Part shown: in pieces, positions 19,946-29,967 of the stretch
Layout of the letters: each line of letters begins with the position of its first letter
Numbering within the stretch: the stretch's first letter is position 1
NCBI GenBank assembly: GCA_038888155.1
Contig: JAWAJB010000002.1
Coordinates: forward strand, 242,331-306,330
Source: Desulfurococcaceae archaeon
GTDB lineage: Archaea; Thermoproteota; Thermoprotei_A; Sulfolobales; Desulfurococcaceae
Direction of reading: 5' to 3'
Length of the DNA stretch: 64,000 nt
Program-made: the position numbers and the translations under genes
The notes under the pieces: model-generated
The model's input: the letters and a program-made list of their open reading frames with translations, nothing else
Told to the model about the DNA's origin: nothing
Databases searched by the model: none

Positions 19946-20419
19946 TCATTTAGCGGTCCCCTTTCGTGCCTTTCTCTTTATTCGCTCGAGGCATCCGTCT
20001 TTGTATGGCCTTATATGCCTGTAATCTCTCTCAAACTGCAGGTTTGCATTCAATCTCCTGAGAACATACACGCACACGGTCTCCGATATTACTTTGCAAG
20101 TAAATCTTGTATCTAAGCCCAACAACATCGAAAGCCTGAGAATTGGACACGGGTTACGCGAAATGGTAATTAACTCATCTTCATCGAGTTTTAACACCGA
20201 AACATGCTTGGGCCTGAGAAATAGAAAATCATAATAGAACAAATCTAAGACCTCCTTCATGGATTCAGCCTTTCTGGGTTTTAAAGTCCACAATCGTCCA
20301 TATATGTAGAAAACTAACAGCCCCAAGTAGATGGGCACGAGCTTAAATAAGTATAATAAGCTACCAAGGCCTCTCATGGCTTTCACAAACTGCGCTAACC
20401 TATTTGTAGATAAAAACAT
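19946..20419 (-). CDS. Hypothetical membrane-anchored protein with Cys-rich V4R/ATC-hydrolase-like domain
   Basis: One hydrophobic segment, then NPCP...C...C...HIRPYKDGCLE. Confidence 0.55.
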   Translation of the reverse strand: MFLSTNRLAQFVKAMRGLGSLLYLFKLVPIYLGLLVFYIYGRLWTLKPRKAESMKEVLDLFYYDFLFLRPKHVSVLKLDEDELITISRNPCPILRLSMLLGLDTRFTCKVISETVCVYVLRRLNANLQFERDYRHIRPYKDGCLERIKRKARKGTAK

Positions 20420-20587
20420 AGTGGAAATTTATGAATTATTGGGTCCCAAGAATTTTAATCAGTCCACGTGTTGACTGGGTCTTAAGTTAGTTTCTTTCAT
20501 GCTATCGAATCGAGATGGCGGGACCCTCTATTATCTGTCATGGGCGCTTGTCGTCATACGATATGCGAATAATGGAAGTACGAAATG

Positions 20588-21865
20588 TTAGAACAATAAG
20601 AACGGCATATAAACAGCCATGTTAATAATGGTCACTAAAACTCCCACCTTTGTGAACTCTTTGAAAGTAAGAGTGGTGTTGTACTTTGACTCGAGAACCT
20701 CTAATACAATAATATTAGATGCGGCCCCCAGCAGTGTGAGGTTTCCAGCTATAGTTGAAGAGCAGGCCAAAGTGAGCCAATCTGCAGTATCTTTCCAGCT
20801 ATACCCGATGCTCTTCATGTAGTTTATGTAGAGATTTGTTAGAGGTACATTGCTTAAAGCTTGGCTGAGAAGAATGGCTGTTAGCGAAATTGAGAGAGTG
20901 CTTATTGGAGGGCTGCTCTTATATGGTTGGATTGCAATTAACGCAGGTTGAATTGCACCGCTTCTCCACACGCCGTTCATAGTTATAAACATTGACATAA
21001 ACAGCACTATGGTCCCCCAATCAACAGCTGCAAGAACAGTGCGCGGATTGGATGCAAACATGTATATTGATGCTGCAATAATGAATGGAATAAAACCTCG
21101 ATGAGTGATATGCGGGAGGTTAAGGAGGTCTAATATATCATTAACTACAAGAGCGACAATTGTAGTTAACAAACCTATAGCTGCTAACATTGCATCGTTT
21201 TTGTTCCTAATGGCCTCTGATGACTTAGTTGAAATGAAGGCCTTCTCCTCGGGGATTTTGAAAAACCATATAATAAATCGCGCAGTCAACAAAAGATTTA
21301 TTATTGTTGGGACAGCAAGACGTGCAACGAAGAATATAAATGGAGACCGCATTCCCGACCTTGTAGCAATTAGAACATTTTGGGGATTCCCAATAGGAGT
21401 CATTGTTGAACCAATAGTTAGCGAGAAAGCTAGCAGGAGAAACATTGGCGTGAGATTTATACCAGTTGCCTTAGCTAATGTGTACGCTATTGGAGGCCCC
21501 ATTAATGCCACAGCGTCATTAGTAGCAAATGCTGACATTAGCCCAAACATCAATGATGATGCGTAAATTAATGCATGGCGTGACCTAATAAATGACATAA
21601 ATAGATACGCTAGACTCGTAAGTAACCCTGATTGTTCAGCCAGCGAAACTATGCTGAACATGCCTATTAGATACAATATTATGTTTAGATCCTCTAAATA
21701 GCTAATCTCTTCTATTGAAACTAATCCAGTGATCGTTACTATGAATGCAGAAAAAGCCATAATGCTCCATATTGGTATATGAGGTTTTTTACTGCGCATT
21801 ATAAGTGCTATGATTAGATAGAGAAGCACTCCAAAGCCGATAATAGACTGATAATTCGCCATCAT
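20588..21865 (-). CDS. ArsB/NhaD/SLC13-type anion transporter
   Basis: TNDAVAL, GSTMTPIGNPQN, LSNVP, IAGNLTLLGAASNII. Confidence 0.88.
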   Translation of the reverse strand: MMANYQSIIGFGVLLYLIIALIMRSKKPHIPIWSIMAFSAFIVTITGLVSIEEISYLEDLNIILYLIGMFSIVSLAEQSGLLTSLAYLFMSFIRSRHALIYASSLMFGLMSAFATNDAVALMGPPIAYTLAKATGINLTPMFLLLAFSLTIGSTMTPIGNPQNVLIATRSGMRSPFIFFVARLAVPTIINLLLTARFIIWFFKIPEEKAFISTKSSEAIRNKNDAMLAAIGLLTTIVALVVNDILDLLNLPHITHRGFIPFIIAASIYMFASNPRTVLAAVDWGTIVLFMSMFITMNGVWRSGAIQPALIAIQPYKSSPPISTLSISLTAILLSQALSNVPLTNLYINYMKSIGYSWKDTADWLTLACSSTIAGNLTLLGAASNIIVLEVLESKYNTTLTFKEFTKVGVLVTIINMAVYMPFLLF

Positions 21866-22263
21866 TCAGATCACTTTTTAACGCCGCAATATCAGTCCTG
21901 TCACAAGCATCGGGTGATTGGTAATACAATTGATGGATTAATATTTATATTCATTGAGTTAACAAGAAAAATAATACGGTAAAACACAGTGTTCTGCCTC
22001 TTGCAGAGCTATAACTCTAGGGTATCCTCTTAACCTACACTTAGAGATGTAACAACCATTGAGCCGTTTCGTGCTTTATTTTACGTTCGAAAATTTTTGA
22101 TAACAATCATTGATATGAAAACCCGTATCATTGAATAAAAGGAGCCCATAGGTACTATTTTATTGGCTAGTCGCTTTTTAGTGGCTGGAATAAAATGGAC
22201 AGAATAGAAGTCAGTATAAATTAAAGCCTCATTTTTTTAGCATGGTTGTTAGAGCAAATGACT

Positions 22264-22563
22264 CTAATCTTCAACAGACTCTAAAGTTACGATTTTTCCC
22301 TTGCTCCCAATGCTTAGCTCAAGGCGTCCTCGATATTCTTGAGCAAATGCATTCTCTATTCTAATAACACTGCCTGGCTTAACTAAGTCTATTTGATTGC
22401 GCCAAAGCGTCAAGGTTATAGTCCCTGTATCATCAGCTACTTCTGCTCTTGCAACCTTTGCTTCTCCGTATTTGGTCATAACTTCTCGTGGCCTATCAAC
22501 TTTTATTACCCTAACAGTAATGGTTATATTCTCTAAACCAGGCTTAATATCCTTTATTTTCAT
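22264..22563 (-). CDS. ssb: Single OB-fold ssDNA-binding protein (crenarchaeal SSB type, short tail)
   Basis: KIKDIKPG...VRV...VADDTGTITLTLW...IRIENA...YRGRLELSIG. Confidence 0.8.
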   Translation of the reverse strand: MKIKDIKPGLENITITVRVIKVDRPREVMTKYGEAKVARAEVADDTGTITLTLWRNQIDLVKPGSVIRIENAFAQEYRGRLELSIGSKGKIVTLESVED

Positions 22564-22722
22564 TTGGCTTCACCTTAACTCAAATTACTCAACTCACTGT
22601 TTTTAAGCGTTGATATAATTTAAATTAAAGGTCTGTTGGAGGTACAGACTGTTCTATAATGCAGCGAATATTGCGAATTTCTAATCAGGTCTATAATTAA
22701 GAGGATGCGTGAACAATAAAAA

Positions 22723-22971
22723 TTACTTAGAACCACCTTGAAGCACTTTAAGCACATAAATTGATTTATGTTCACATATATTTTCTTTGGGATCTAGCGT
22801 CGAGCCTTTCTCATCAATGTAAACCAAGAACTCAGGATCTATCGGTAGGTTATTTTTCCTCACAAGTTCTATTATTACTTCCTTGATAGATCGACATGTA
22901 TTTTGATCGAAGCAAATTTTTTCTCCAAAAAAATTAATTAAGTTTCCAAGAAAATGAATACAAGTGATCAT
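22723..22971 (-). CDS. MoaD/ThiS/SAMP-like ubiquitin-fold sulfur carrier
   Basis: 82 aa, beta-grasp pattern (IHFLGNL...IKEVI...LVYID...VLQGG), translationally coupled to the AOR gene. Confidence 0.7.
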   Translation of the reverse strand: MITCIHFLGNLINFFGEKICFDQNTCRSIKEVIIELVRKNNLPIDPEFLVYIDEKGSTLDPKENICEHKSIYVLKVLQGGSK

Positions 22972-24845
22972 CGAGCCGATAGCCTCCTCTTGATCCTATC
23001 AACAGGTTCTCTCAGTTCGTTCAACCCCAGTCTTTCGAGCGTGTTATTAGTAGGCAACCCCATTTCATCCCAACCCATATCTCTGTAGTACTTTTGTTTT
23101 AGCTCACTTACTTCTCTGGTATCAGCTTTAGCCCCAGCAAATGGTCCGGCTGGAAGAGGATCGTAGAATCTGGGTGGATTGTCGTCATGAACTCGTGGAT
23201 CCCAGAAGACATCTGGTCCGCCGAGCAACAAGAGAACTCTCTGTAATGTTAGTATTCTCGGCCCTAAATCATCATAAAGCTCTTCCTTAGTTAAATTCCA
23301 ACCTGTTACAGCATTCCAAATGCCTATGACTAATTCTTCGGGTATTCCAATGGTGTTGAACATGCATATAACCGCGCTATCTAGAAAAGCTTTCCACGAC
23401 TCCGAAGCCTGCGACTTCACCGGTAGTCCGCTAACGGATGTGTGATCTCCTCCTTGAACTCCTGTAGCATAAGCTATTGGTTGTGGATAGTCTGCCCTGC
23501 TCCTTATGCCATGGGCACCTATACCAATACCTTTGACTTGAACTGCATAACGGAGGATTTCCTCTGGTTTAATTCCCTTCATTTCAGCAATCTTTAGAGC
23601 CGCTCTGTATGTGCCTTCTGCTAAAATCTTCCCAATGCCCCTCCTATAGGATATATCTTTTAATAACTGCAGGGCTGCCTTAAAATCGCCCCAATTAAGC
23701 TCGTACCCTATATCTTCCTTCTTTAATATTCCTCTTTGATAAAGCTCAAAGGCCAAACCCATTACATTACCAACTTGAATACCGCACTGACCAAGAAGAT
23801 CTGCCATGGCAGAGAGAGCTGTGAACTCCTTTGGGCTAAATATTCCCAAGTTTGAACCAAGATAGGCACCCATTTCGTAGTCCGGACCATCAGTTACATA
23901 GTTATCTCCTTCGACGTTTACTAAACTGATCTTCATGCATGAGAGCGGGCATCCCCAGTCAGACCAATATCTTTTAACCCATATTCGAGTCTCTAGTTCG
24001 TGGTGGCTAAACTCTATATTGCTGTGCCACTCCTCTTGCCAGTTCTTAATTGGCTCCGAGCTCTTTCTATTTCCTGCAAAATAGTATTCGGAGGGAGTTC
24101 CCCATAACTTGAATGAATGTACTCTATTTGCTAGGATGTCGCTTACCTGAGTTCTTATTCTAAGGAACTCGTTAAAATTGGCTATAGGCGGTAAGGGACC
24201 TCTGCCTTTAACGACTATAGCTTTGAGCTTTTTGGATCCCATGACAGCTCCATATCCGCCGTAACCAGCTCCATGAGTCCACCTAGCATTGACAGCTGCA
24301 GTTCTAGCTAGGTTTTCGCCGGCCGGGCCTATATACAATGTTGCTGGCCACGGATTTGCGCCTTCGCGAGAGTAGTCTACTTTCAATTCTTCTCTTAGCG
24401 ATTTCAATAGCTCTACGCTTGTTTTACCCCATAGCTTAGATGCGTCCCTTAGCTCTACTTTGTCATCATCTATGTACAGGTATACGGGATCTTTGGATAT
24501 CCCGCGTATGAGAATGCCATCGTATCCAGCGGACTTAAGCTCGGCAGCTAACTCTGAAGAGACAGTAGAGCCCACTACGCCATTGCTCTGGGGGCTCTTA
24601 CCCGAGACGGTTAGCTTTATTCCAGGGTAATATCCAGTTAATGGTCCAGTTAATACTAGCAATAAGTTCTCACAACCCAAGGGGTCTACAGACTCCCATT
24701 TAGCGCCGAGCTCTCTCCAAAGTAACCACGTAGCAAGGCCTCTTCCGCCGAGAAACTTCCTTACAACAATCTGAGGTAAATTAGCAACTCTGAAGCTATT
24801 GCGTTCTAGATCTACATCTAAGAGCTTACCCCAAAATCCATACAC
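22968..24845 (-). CDS. Tungsten-containing aldehyde:ferredoxin oxidoreductase family, WOR5-like large subunit
   Basis: FLGGRGL, KSPQS, LKSAGYDG, IGPAGENL, GYGGYGAVMGSKKLKA, DWGCPLSC, DGPDYE, DSAVIC, YYRDMGWD. Confidence 0.92.
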   Translation of the reverse strand: MYGFWGKLLDVDLERNSFRVANLPQIVVRKFLGGRGLATWLLWRELGAKWESVDPLGCENLLLVLTGPLTGYYPGIKLTVSGKSPQSNGVVGSTVSSELAAELKSAGYDGILIRGISKDPVYLYIDDDKVELRDASKLWGKTSVELLKSLREELKVDYSREGANPWPATLYIGPAGENLARTAAVNARWTHGAGYGGYGAVMGSKKLKAIVVKGRGPLPPIANFNEFLRIRTQVSDILANRVHSFKLWGTPSEYYFAGNRKSSEPIKNWQEEWHSNIEFSHHELETRIWVKRYWSDWGCPLSCMKISLVNVEGDNYVTDGPDYEMGAYLGSNLGIFSPKEFTALSAMADLLGQCGIQVGNVMGLAFELYQRGILKKEDIGYELNWGDFKAALQLLKDISYRRGIGKILAEGTYRAALKIAEMKGIKPEEILRYAVQVKGIGIGAHGIRSRADYPQPIAYATGVQGGDHTSVSGLPVKSQASESWKAFLDSAVICMFNTIGIPEELVIGIWNAVTGWNLTKEELYDDLGPRILTLQRVLLLLGGPDVFWDPRVHDDNPPRFYDPLPAGPFAGAKADTREVSELKQKYYRDMGWDEMGLPTNNTLERLGLNELREPVDRIKRRLSAR

Positions 24846-24846
24846 A

Positions 24847-25365
24847 TCACATCACCTCTTTAAGAAATCCCCTGTATATTTTCTCGCCAACCCTTGAAGC
24901 TATTTTTTCCGGCAAATCTAGGTATGGATCAAGGTATCCCTTTTCTGGTCTTGGAATAACCTTAATGCTGTTGAAACCGCTAGACTCACAGGCTTTAACG
25001 CACTCGGGGTTGCCATCGCATAAATCACATATAAGAACGTGGTTCTTATTTTTAACTACCCTTGGAACATGTATTGGGCAAGCCTCAATGCACTTTCTAC
25101 ACAGAGTACATTTTCCTTTATCGACTTTGACTGCCCCAGTAGATTGGTCAACGTATAGAGCGCCTGTTGGGCATGCCTTCACGCAGTGGTATTCGTAGCA
25201 CTGTCTACATAAGTGCGGTACTATTATGCCAGGAGCATACTCGAACACCCTTATTCTAGATGCCTCTGTCCATATAGCGCCTTCATGCTTCAGGGAACAG
25301 GCTATTTCGCATAGCCTGCAACCGCTACACTTATCATAATCCACAAATATCCAGATCTGGCTCAT
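24847..25365 (-). CDS. 4Fe-4S polyferredoxin subunit (WOR5S/DmsB-like)
   Basis: CSGCRLCEIAC, CRQC..HCVKACP, CTLCRKCIEACP, CDLCDGNPECVKAC. Confidence 0.92.
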   Translation of the reverse strand: MSQIWIFVDYDKCSGCRLCEIACSLKHEGAIWTEASRIRVFEYAPGIIVPHLCRQCYEYHCVKACPTGALYVDQSTGAVKVDKGKCTLCRKCIEACPIHVPRVVKNKNHVLICDLCDGNPECVKACESSGFNSIKVIPRPEKGYLDPYLDLPEKIASRVGEKIYRGFLKEVM

Positions 25366-25478
25366 GCATACACCATTTATATTTAATATCGCGATATATT
25401 TTTATTTTTTGAATTGTACTAAAAAAAGAAAATTGAGCCAATTAAGTTTTCCAACATTTAGGTACTCGGTGTAAGAAT

Positions 25479-25823
25479 ATGCAAAGGGAGGATTTACTAA
25501 TTAAGCTGCACGGAGATTTTGGTGGAATAACCATTGGTTTGTTCATAGGTTCGCTTATTACATTTAATGTTGTCATTGCTTATGTTGCTTTAATAGCATT
25601 TATATTGTGCATTTGTTTGGGAATTAGCATAAAGGGGCTTGGCAAAGAGGGAAAAAGGACCTTAAGAAAGTGTTTACCCCCTACCATTACTCCTTTTCTT
25701 CTTTGGTTATTCTATATATACTCAATTCAGAGCCTATCTAATGCTACATTAAGCTATGCAATTGGGGTTAGCTCCGCGGCCCTTTTCTCTCTATACCAGT
25801 TGAAAAGCAATTTGCGTACTTAA
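25479..25823 (+). CDS. Hypothetical membrane protein (about 4 TM)
   Basis: 114-aa hydrophobic ORF with ATG start. Confidence 0.6.
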   Translation: MQREDLLIKLHGDFGGITIGLFIGSLITFNVVIAYVALIAFILCICLGISIKGLGKEGKRTLRKCLPPTITPFLLWLFYIYSIQSLSNATLSYAIGVSSAALFSLYQLKSNLRT

Positions 25824-26473
25824 TTATAATATAAATAAGATGTCTTCTCTATATACAGCGGATATCTTTTTTAGAGCTTAACTTGAAGCACATAGTCTTA
25901 GTGCGTTAAAAATGGTTCAATGAGATTGGCATCGAACCAATCAATTTCCCAATGGTCCATTTTTGCTATTTGTAGCCTTTATCGAGAACCGATCTTTAAA
26001 TTGATTCGACTTTCTAATCTACCTACCAACCTGTACATTACTTTGATAGCCTTCTACAAGGCTCTAGGTCTTTAATTCAAAGACATATTACTATATTCAC
26101 CGAACTTAGAGCTTGAGCCCTCGCTAATTGACCCAGAAAAGCTATTGCGTGTTCCACTATGTCATTATGCACAACCAAAATTAACACAAGCATATAGGGG
26201 TGATGTACACTGTACCCCAAGTCGAATGTGTTATCTATTATATTATAAATAAATATAAGCTTTTCCGAAGCCGGTTCTCGGGTATTTAGAGCTTGAATAG
26301 CATTTGATCTGTAGGTAAGATGTCGTGGATACTAGATACTAAAGGATACGGTGAGGAAGCAAGAGCCCTATAATTAGAGTCTGTCCCGATTGATTTTTAA
26401 ATGATATTCGATAAGCTTAAGCAGATATTAAACCTCTCAACCCTAAGATATTCATCATCAAAGGTGCATCATA

Positions 26474-27223
26474 ATGTTAAGAGTAGGTTTATTTTTTGAT
26501 TACGATGGCGTACTAGCACCAATAACGCGAGATCCCCTTGGAAACAGTGTCTCCCCTAACATGCGTAGAGCAATTGAAGCATTAAGTAAACACTATGCAA
26601 TATCAATAGTAAGCGGGAGAGATTGCCCCTACCTCCACGAAAGAGTCCCAGGCCTACTAGGTTACGCTTGTGTATTTGGCTTGGAGATACATGGAGGTGG
26701 TTACATTGTACTTGATAGAGAGGTGTACTTTGGATCAAAATCTACTCATATTAGTAATATTTACGCCAACCTAGGGAATATTCTCAAGGGAAAATTTGGA
26801 GCAATCTATGGGAGAACTCTTGGCGGTACACCGCTGGGGTTAAGTGTATACTGGCTATTAGAAGAGGGGAGACCAAAGGGCGTTGATGTTCTGCTAGAGG
26901 AGGCCAAGAGAGCAGGACTATATGTATCAAACATTAGTAAGTGGGGGAACTTCGCAGAATATGTTGATATACACTTGACTAGGAGAACTAAACAAGAATC
27001 AGTAAGAATCCTCAAGACTTTGATCAATATAGATCGGGTGATCTATTTTGGAGATGCAGAGAGCGATTTCCCAGCCTTTAACGAGGCAGATGTTTCAGTT
27101 TTCATTAAGCATCAATATAATACTGTTCCTAATGAAATAAATGTGGATTACGTGGTAGATTACAACGACCTTCCATTGTGGATATTGCGCAACATAAATA
27201 AAATCTCCAGCTCGATGAAATGA
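26474..27223 (+). CDS. HAD IIB phosphatase, trehalose-6-phosphate phosphatase-like
   Basis: FFDYDGVLAPI, VSGRD, GLE, TK, FGDAESD. Confidence 0.8.
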   Translation: MLRVGLFFDYDGVLAPITRDPLGNSVSPNMRRAIEALSKHYAISIVSGRDCPYLHERVPGLLGYACVFGLEIHGGGYIVLDREVYFGSKSTHISNIYANLGNILKGKFGAIYGRTLGGTPLGLSVYWLLEEGRPKGVDVLLEEAKRAGLYVSNISKWGNFAEYVDIHLTRRTKQESVRILKTLINIDRVIYFGDAESDFPAFNEADVSVFIKHQYNTVPNEINVDYVVDYNDLPLWILRNINKISSSMK

Positions 27224-27496
27224 GTAGTTCGATTAAATATAATTAAGACGTGATCTTTTTATTCATTAATTTAACGTGGCGAGAGATAAACTTTGGTTCA
27301 TAATCTTTTAACCCAGTATACACATATTACGTAAACCTACTCACATAATTGTCAAGAAAGCATTACATGCCAAATTCAAATTAAAGGAATATAAGAAAAC
27401 TGTTTTAGGTGGATACTACTTGGTTATGATGCATTTTAGGCATTTCGCGTTTTGTACGTAAATGACTTTAACAAGAGATCTAACGTATTTGACCTT

Positions 27497-27868
27497 TTAA
27501 GTTGCGTTATACTTTCTACGACACTCGCCCAGAACCATGCTGTAGAAGTCGGAGAGTTTCTTCATTTCTTTTAATAAGCCAAGTAAGATGTCTGCCTCGA
27601 GGTTATCCCAGTCCTTATGGCTTAAAGACGTTACAAACCACTCGGCAGAGATCTCCCCATCATCAGCGGGGCCTTTGTCAATAAATATAAGATTTCCGTT
27701 GGTCACTAGATAAGTTGCTTTCAGCGAGTTGAGGCCCGCGTCGTAGCCCTCAATTGCTTGTTCAATGCGATCAACTACCTCCAATGTCTCTAAGTATTTT
27801 CCATAAAATGCACCACAAATTTCATTTCTCGTAAAAGCGTAAGTTTCTGTATCTTGTTCCATCAACAA
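27497..27868 (-). CDS. Hypothetical acidic protein
   Basis: 123-aa ORF preceded by GAGGGGG; no motif recognised. Confidence 0.55.
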   Translation of the reverse strand: MLMEQDTETYAFTRNEICGAFYGKYLETLEVVDRIEQAIEGYDAGLNSLKATYLVTNGNLIFIDKGPADDGEISAEWFVTSLSHKDWDNLEADILLGLLKEMKKLSDFYSMVLGECRRKYNAT

Positions 27869-28291
27869 CCCCCTCGGTTTCTCATTCCATTTGGTAAGTA
27901 TTTTAAGAAGGGGGTCACTAAGATACTTTAATAAAAATTATACTGAGAATCAGCAATCAAAAGAACTTGTAACAATTCTCAGTGCTCATTTTGTTAGTTA
28001 CGGTAGGTACTATGTAGGATTTTATGACCTGCGTTTGAATTATATATGATGTGTATTAACTCTGAGGATCGCTTTTGAAGAAGTTTTATTGCAATAACTC
28101 AAACACCTATTTCATTTCGGGGGCCGCCTTATACCCACCTTGTTTTTACAATATACACGATATTATAGGCTAATCATTAATTCAATTTCTAATAATTTTT
28201 CCAGAATTAAACACTTTTAAGACAACCTCACTAATGGAGCTTTAATTTATAATCCCTACCCTTTAATTAATAAGTAATGGTGCGACATTAA

Positions 28292-28564
28292 GTGTCGTTG
28301 CTGACAAAGCTTGCACTGGAAATTTTACTTGGAGTTTACATCCTTTCTGCAATTTTATTTATGGTTAGAATCATTAAGGGCCCAACATTATTCGATAGAA
28401 TAGTAGTTGTGGACTCCCTATCCTATGATCTCGCGGTGTTTATGGCGTTAATATCTGCTTATACCAGTAGGTCTCTTCTTGCTTTGTGTATAATCCCCAT
28501 AGCTTTGTGGGCATATACTCTAGATACCTACATATCGTGGTACGTAGAACAATCTGGGAGCTGA
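28292..28564 (+). CDS. mrpF: Mrp/Mnh antiporter subunit F
   Basis: RIIKGPTLFDRIVVVD; 3 TM. Confidence 0.88.
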   Translation: MSLLTKLALEILLGVYILSAILFMVRIIKGPTLFDRIVVVDSLSYDLAVFMALISAYTSRSLLALCIIPIALWAYTLDTYISWYVEQSGS

Positions 28565-28567
28565 AAC

Positions 28568-28921
28568 ATGGTGTACGAGCTTTTCTTGACTATATTAAAC
28601 TACTTCGGTATCGCTTTACTTATTGGGGGTGGAATCTTTGAGCTTATTGGTGCCCTCGGAGTCCTCAGAATGCCCGACTTTTTCACTAGGGCCCACGCCG
28701 TTACGATAACTGTTGTGGGGGGAACGGTTCTCCCGCTTATAGGAATATCTATTATCTCACTCGTAGAGTTCGGACCCGAAGGAATATATTTAGCTTCTAT
28801 ATGCATAGTATCAGCCATTATAATGCTTATAACGGCCCCTACAGGCTCTCATATGTTAGTTAGAGCTGCACTTAGGGCTAAAGTAAAATCCAGAGTTTCA
28901 GAGAGGGACAGAGCAAGTTGA
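28568..28921 (+). CDS. mrpG: Mrp/Mnh antiporter subunit G
   Basis: GALGVLRMPDFFTRAHA, TAPTGSHML. Confidence 0.9.
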   Translation: MVYELFLTILNYFGIALLIGGGIFELIGALGVLRMPDFFTRAHAVTITVVGGTVLPLIGISIISLVEFGPEGIYLASICIVSAIIMLITAPTGSHMLVRAALRAKVKSRVSERDRAS

Positions 28922-29169
28922 TCATAGTTTTTATAACCGTATTAGTGGCATCGCTGCTTTCCGTATTTTCTGCCTACTTGGTGATAGCAGAAAAAGATCT
29001 TCTCAACTCGTGCATATATCTGGCGCTTTTCGGTGTTTTCTATGCCCTTATATACTTCGTTCTTCTTGCTCCAGATATAGTACTTGCTTATATACCGATA
29101 TCCTCAACAATAGTTCCAGTAGTTCTAATAGTTGTAATTAAAGGCATGAAACAAAGGTACGAGGCATGA
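28918..29169 (+). CDS. MbhD/DUF4040-like small membrane subunit (MrpA C-terminal-like)
   Basis: EKDLLNS, LLAPDIVLA. Confidence 0.8.
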   Translation: MIIVFITVLVASLLSVFSAYLVIAEKDLLNSCIYLALFGVFYALIYFVLLAPDIVLAYIPISSTIVPVVLIVVIKGMKQRYEA

Positions 29170-29172
29170 AAC

Positions 29173-29955
29173 ATGAAGCCAATTCATACTGAAAGAAGGA
29201 GAAACATTATTGTAGCAAGTTCATTGGGCGTGCTCACGTTGGCATTAAGCTTAGCTCTTTATGTCGGTGGAATCGGGATGGGCTTTCCTACGAGAATTCG
29301 CGCCCTCGCTGAAACCATACTTTACAATACGTACAACCCCTGGAATGTCACGCTAACCAGCTATTCTCTTAATGCGGTATCAGCAATTATATGGGATTAT
29401 AGGGGAATAGATACAATATTTGAAACTACCGTTCTATTAGCATCCATTACTGCAGTAACTGTTATATTAAAAGAAAAGGGTCCCTCCAATTCAGGTTCCA
29501 GTATAACTCTAATATCTAAGTTTACAACTAGGCTGGTTTTACTTATCACTCTGCTAATTTCGATCTCCACTGCCGTGAATGGGCATCTTACGCCTGGCGG
29601 AGGGTTTCAAGCTGGTGCTATGATAACAACGGGCATAATTCTTTCATTGGCGGTTTTTTTCAGCAGTTTTTCCCGATACTCATACTTCTCTAGGAAGGAA
29701 AATTTACTACTATTACGCTATCTAGTATTAACCGCTATATCTGTCGTCGCGTTGCTTCCAGTGTTGGTAGATGCTAAAGCATATGTAATGCAGAACCAAT
29801 CTAAGCCAACTGCTCCTTTTTCAATGCCAACGTGGTTTATCGATACTCCACTAGCTGGCTCAATATTGGTTTTTAATGTGTTAGAGGCAATCGCTGTTGC
29901 ATTTGCACTATCATACACAATAATCATTCTACTTGAATCATGTACTAACAACTGA
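29173..29955 (+). CDS. mrpB: Mrp/Mnh subunit B (fused MbhE-F type)
   Basis: NAVSAIIWDYRGIDTIFE, GHLTPGGGFQAG. Confidence 0.9.
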   Translation: MKPIHTERRRNIIVASSLGVLTLALSLALYVGGIGMGFPTRIRALAETILYNTYNPWNVTLTSYSLNAVSAIIWDYRGIDTIFETTVLLASITAVTVILKEKGPSNSGSSITLISKFTTRLVLLITLLISISTAVNGHLTPGGGFQAGAMITTGIILSLAVFFSSFSRYSYFSRKENLLLLRYLVLTAISVVALLPVLVDAKAYVMQNQSKPTAPFSMPTWFIDTPLAGSILVFNVLEAIAVAFALSYTIIILLESCTNN

Positions 29956-29967
29956 GGGGTAATTAGT

